Source: Podarcis filfolensis (taxonomy: Eukaryota). Taken from it: a DNA stretch of 64,000 nucleotides. Under the pieces are notes generated by a model. The model was not told where the DNA came from and made no database searches. It saw nothing but the letters and a program-made list of their open reading frames with translations. Positions 59,491 to 64,000 of the stretch are shown piece by piece (position 1 is the first letter of the stretch; each line of letters starts with the position of its first letter). A program made the position numbers and the translations under genes. Location: NCBI GenBank assembly GCA_964270895.1, contig OZ185442.1, one strand, 5' to 3'.

Positions 59491-59650
59491 AGCCTGGATA
59501 GCTCAGTTGGTTAGAGGGTGCTGCTGATAATGCCAAGGTTGCAGGTTCGATCCCCGTAAGGGACAGCTGCATTTTTCTGCATTGCGGGGGTTGGACTAGA
59601 TGACTCTCACGGTCCCTTCCAACTCTACAGTTCCATGATTTTTTGATTCT
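59491..59650 (+). mobile_element. tRNA-Ile-headed SINE with CR1-type tail
   Basis: tagctcagttggttagag...gataatgccaaggttgcaggttcgatccccgta is tRNA-Ile-like, and the tail is the same as that of the Lys-headed family. Confidence 0.85.
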
Positions 59651-60539
59651 AGGTATGCAGGAGGTTCCAGGTTCAATCCCCAGCATCTCCAGGTAGGGTT
59701 GGGGGACAGCCTGAAAGCCGTTGCTGGTCAGTGCAGACAATATTGAGCTAGATGGGCTGTTGGTCTCATTTAGGCAGCTCCCCATGTTGCTAAGACAGAG
59801 TTCAAAACTTTGCGTAGGTTTGGGATGGAGGGGGGTGGTGGTAAAGAGCTACAAAGCTATAGTTCTCTTTGGGCATCCCGTTAGTCACACAATTCCCATC
59901 ACGTTGAAGTGGAGGCGGGGATGAGTGTGCCAGCCCTGCCCCCTTTGCCAATGTCCCTGCCACCCACAAGGAGTGGGAGCCTGGGCTACTCATAGTTCAT
60001 CCCTGGCCCTCATCTACTCATAGGCCTTCACTGTCACCCACTGAGAGGGGGCGCCTGGTCTACTCATAGCCTGCTCATAGCCAATTTATTTATATATATA
60101 TATCACAATTCCCACAAAAAACATCTGTGCGCAAAGATGTTCAGGACCAAAACAAACAGTCTAAACACAGAAGCGCGATGACACCTAATAAAGAGTCTAA
60201 TACCACCGCTACAACCTAACGCTAAAAATAAACAAATCCACAATTAACCGGCGTACATCAGAACCAAAGGGATTGCAAAGTTCACCAATATGTAAATTGA
60301 AAACATCCCATAACTTCACATCCAAAAACAGCCCATAGCAACCGCCCACTCCTAGGTTCCCTGCATGGAACAGGGTTACAGGGACATGTTTTACATTCAT
60401 TACACATTTTAAACAGGGATTGTTTATTCCAGGAACCATGATATCTAGAAACTTTTAAGATGTAAACACTATGATTTGTCTGATCTGTGCTCCGTTTTAA
60501 ACCAGGAGTGCACCGTGTGACTATGTGAGACACGTGCTT

Positions 60540-60980
60540 ATTTATTTATTTCACAAAAAGGTACACCCCACTTGACTGTGAGAAACCTCAAGGCAGTTTA
60601 CAAAAAGATAAAACAGTAAATTCGAGGGAAATGCACAACCACGTATGAAAGTTAAAATACTAAAACAGATTCAAATCGCTTCAACTTTCTAAGCACCTGG
60701 GTAGGCTTGCCAAAACAAGAATGTTTTCAGCAGGTGATGGAAGGTGTACAATGACGGCACTTGCTTGATTTCAAGTGGCAGGGAGTTCCAAAGTTCAGCT
60801 GCTGCCACACTAAATGATTGAGTTCTCATAAATGGGTATTGAGTGTCACCTGTAATAGTGCCAATTCAACCGATCGAAGCAGTCGAGTGGGCACATGTGG
60901 GGTAAGGTGATTTCGTAGGTAAACTGGTCCCATGTTTTTAAGGTCTGTATATGCTAACATTAACACCTTGCAACATCAGC
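60540..60980 (-). mobile_element. Older L2 3' fragment
   Basis: TTTA tail and gggagttccaaag...gctgccacactaa motifs typical of L2 3' ends. Confidence 0.55.
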
Positions 60981-61603
60981 AACCAGTGCAGCTCTCTGAG
61001 CCCACGTCTTATATGCTGACAAGGCCTCACTCCTGTCAGCAATTGTGCTGCAGCATTCTGCACTAGCTGCAGTTTCCGGATTGTACTTTGTAACTGCACT
61101 TTGTAAGTAGAATTGTTTTTCCTGCGTCCCTGAGGTTGAGGGTGCCTGGGTTCTGTTATCAGCCCTGGAAGGGAGAGACCAAGGCAAGGAATGCTTTACC
61201 ATTAGAAGTTGTCAACACCGCAGGAATAGACTGCGAGGAGAGACAGAAACGGCTGTCATCTGGCTAGGAGACGTCCCTTTGTTATGAGAGCCGTCTCCAT
61301 ACACAAAAAGATACCGCTGCAGCCAAGATTAGAAATGGGTGAACTCTCCAAAAACCTGCCTTACATTCACCTGGAAACTATCCAAAAAAAATTTTTTCCT
61401 GGGGGAGGTGACAATCAGAAACACTCAGGTAATTTCCCCAAGCAAATCTGAGAGTTCAGAAAAAATACCCTCCCTCAAAAGCCAGCTGGCCAGCCCCCCA
61501 CCAACACCCAAAACACACCTCCCTTCTTTTACCTTCCTTTCACACCTTCACTGCTGCTGCCACAGCTTCAGGGAATGGGAAGGGAATGTATTTTAGAGTG
61601 GGT

Positions 61604-61942
61604 GGATGCGGGTGGCGCTGTGGGTTAAACCACAGAGCCTAGGACTTGCCGATCAGAAGGTTGGCGGTTCAAATCCCCGCTACGGGGTGAGCTCCCGTTG
61701 CTAGGTCCCAGCTCCTGCCAACCTAGCAGTTCGAAAACACATCAAAGTGCAAGTAGATAAATAGACACCGCTCCGGTGGGAAGCTAAACAGCGTTTCCAT
61801 GCGCTGCTCTGGTTCGCCAGAAGCGGCTTAGTCATGCTGGCCACAAGACCCGGAAGCTGTACGCTGGTTACCCTTGGCCAATAAAGCGAGATGAGCGCCG
61901 CAAACCCAGAGACGGTCACGACTGGACCTAATGGGTACCTTT
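61604..61942 (+). mobile_element. Sauria SINE
   Basis: Same head, body and acctt tail as the other copies. Confidence 0.9.
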
Positions 61943-62587
61943 ATGGATAGCTTTGGGGGAAGGAAAGCTTAGCAGGGATGGGCCAGGGGAAGCCATGAAT
62001 TCTTCTTTGGTTTAGATTTTAATCTGAGCACAAGAAGAACAGAGAGGGGGACTTTACAAGTTCAGCTCTCATTTAAGGTAGGTTTTCACAAGTCCTTAGA
62101 GTTGCTTCTTTAACTTGAGAACTTCATCAGCATCTCTAGCTAACATTTCTTCTTATGCGTCCCCCACCACGCTTTTTGCCAGTCCTGAAACAGCTTACAT
62201 CATGGATGGGGGACCTCTGGCTCTCCTGATGTTGTTGGGCCAACTCCCATGAGCTGCAGCCAGGATAGGTAATGATCAGGGATGATGGGAGTTGTAGTTC
62301 AACAACATTTAAGAGTGGCAGGTTCTTCACCCGATATCACAATTCTGCTGCCCCTGGGTCAGAGAGGGCAGCATAGCACCCACAAACAAGGACATTCCAT
62401 CTGGCAAATACACCTAGGGATGCTTTTTCAGGATCCCCTAAACCAGATACGGGGTTGTAGCCAACCAAGTCTTACTCAGAGTAGACCCATTGAAAATCAT
62501 GACTCTGTCTTAAGTCTTGTTCATTAATTCAAATCTGAGCAGAACTAGCATTCAATACAACCCTTTGTCAGAACTGTTGTACTTGAA

Positions 62588-62589
<2 letters not shown>

Positions 62590-62657
<68 letters not shown>
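62590..62657 (+). repeat. Compound (TG)n(AG)n microsatellite
   Basis: Read directly from the sequence. Confidence 0.95.
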
Positions 62658-62662
<5 letters not shown>

Positions 62663-63034
62663 AATAGAGGGTTGCCAACTTCTTGTACTGGATGTGCCAT
62701 AGAGTCATCAGCTCTAAAGGAATTTCATAGACTGGAGATAAAGCTCAATCACTGGCTTAATTGCTGCCAGTCAAATGGCTGTTAAAAGATACAGAGGTGG
62801 GTCAAAAGCTGACAAGCCTACTCAAGGGCAGGAGGAACTGTAGCTCTGGGAGGGCAATAGGTGGTCTCCTAACCACACTTAGCACCTGTTAACAAACTAC
62901 ACTTCCCAGACTTCTTTTTTTGGGGGGGAAGCTGTGACTATTTAAAGTGCTACGGTACTACTTTAAATGTAGGGTGTGAATGCAGCACTGTTGAGTGGAG
63001 ACTACCCATGGTCCCATGAGGTGGTGGCATAATA

Positions 63035-63252
63035 CAGTGGTACCTCTGGTTAAGAACTTAATTTGTTCCGGAGGTCTGTTCTTAACCTGAAACTGTTCTT
63101 AAGCTGCAGCACCACTTTAGCTAATGGGGCCTCCTGCTGCTGCTGGAGCACAATTTCTGTTCTCATCCTGAAGCAAAGTTCTTAACCTGAGGTACTATTT
63201 CTGGGTTAGTGGAGTCTGTAACCTGAAGCGTATGTAACCTGAGGTACCACTG
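63035..63252 (+). mobile_element. Tc1/mariner-type MITE, 218 bp (internal deletions)
   Basis: Same TIRs and TA TSD as 25050-25291. Confidence 0.9.
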
Positions 63253-64000
63253 TAGAAGGGAATATGAGTCTTAGGCTCTGAAAAAGTTGCCCTGCCTTTG
63301 GCCTACAGGGACTGGCAGAAGTTCTCCATAGTTTTTTGTTTTTTTCAAACCCTGCCTAAAGATGCAGGGGATTGAATCTGGGACCTTCTGCAAGCAAGGC
63401 ATGGGTCCTGCCCCGGATCCACAGCTCTTCGTATGGTTGCAATTGCCAGGGCCTGCCGGGAGGTGCGACTCCCGTGTTCCACTTAGAAAACACTGCCCTG
63501 CATATTCCACCTCCCCTCTCCCCACTTGTTGGCTCCGTTCGCCCTCCTCCCACCGCACCCTCCCCGCCTCGGGCCCAGGGCCGCCTCTGCGTTGTATTTC
63601 CACGCTTCACGGCAAATCCTTTTTGAAGCTACACAGAGGCAGAGGCGAACCGCTGCATTCCTGCCTGCTAATAGGCGTGAAATCGGCGGTCCATTGTGCC
63701 AGAGCTGCAGGGGGAAGGGAGATGAAAGCCGCCCAGATAGCACAAATAGCTCTTGCCAGGCTCCTTGTCCACCCCCACGGAAATAGGGCAGGATCACCAG
63801 GGAGGTGTGCGGCTCCTCCTCCCCAGCAAAAAAGTTTGCCCAGAAGAACAGAAGCCGGAAAACCACCGGGTCCAGGAACAAATTCACCTCCGGGAGCCAA
63901 TTAGAGTAGGCAGGAGACCGTGGCAGCGCCAAGCTGGATACAAACCTGGGTAGCATGAACCTCGTGTGGAAGGCCCAGCTGTGCCCCACAACAGACTTCC

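Noticed and set aside
59491-59565. tRNA-Ile-like sequence with A and B boxes
   Set aside because: Stem mismatches and the attached CR1 tail identify it as a SINE head.
1-64000. CRISPR array, operon, defence system or intact transposase/RT gene
   Set aside because: This is eukaryotic intron-rich DNA. The repeats are dispersed TEs and microsatellites, and all LINE ORFs are short fragments.

Overview
This is vertebrate nuclear DNA from a squamate reptile, most likely a lacertid lizard (inferred from Sauria SINEs and the L2/CR1/MITE landscape). It holds no prokaryotic system, rRNA, true tRNA gene or CRISPR array. Two spliced genes lie in tandem on the minus strand. (1) KIRREL2/NEPH3: 14 coding exons reconstructed by hand from 49434 to the stop at 28895, all GT-AG with consistent phases. 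They total 2168 nt and encode five Ig domains, a TM helix and a Tyr-rich tail ending QTHV*. The signal-peptide exon was not confidently found. (2) APLP1: exons 1-5 plus the start of exon 6, from the ATG at 16049 off the left edge, with a CpG-island promoter at about 15.4-16.75 kb. The order matches human NPHS1-KIRREL2-APLP1, so NPHS1 is expected beyond the right edge. The rest is intron or intergenic DNA dense in L2, CR1 and L1 fragments, Sauria, MIR-like and tRNA-headed SINEs, hAT, Tc1/mariner and Harbinger-like MITEs, and microsatellites. Most interesting: an APP-like E1 domain in this APLP1 (basic heparin loop; Tyr at Cu-site positions 147/149), paired RFX X-boxes in APLP1 intron 1, a MITE that appears to have captured an L2 3' end, tRNA-head swapping among CR1-tailed SINEs, tandem pre-miRNA-sized hairpins in a KIRREL2 intron, and a phase-consistent candidate for the missing KIRREL2 5' exons. 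All family assignments rest on remembered sequences and motifs; no database search was run. Repeat boundaries are approximate unless a TSD or TIR is quoted.
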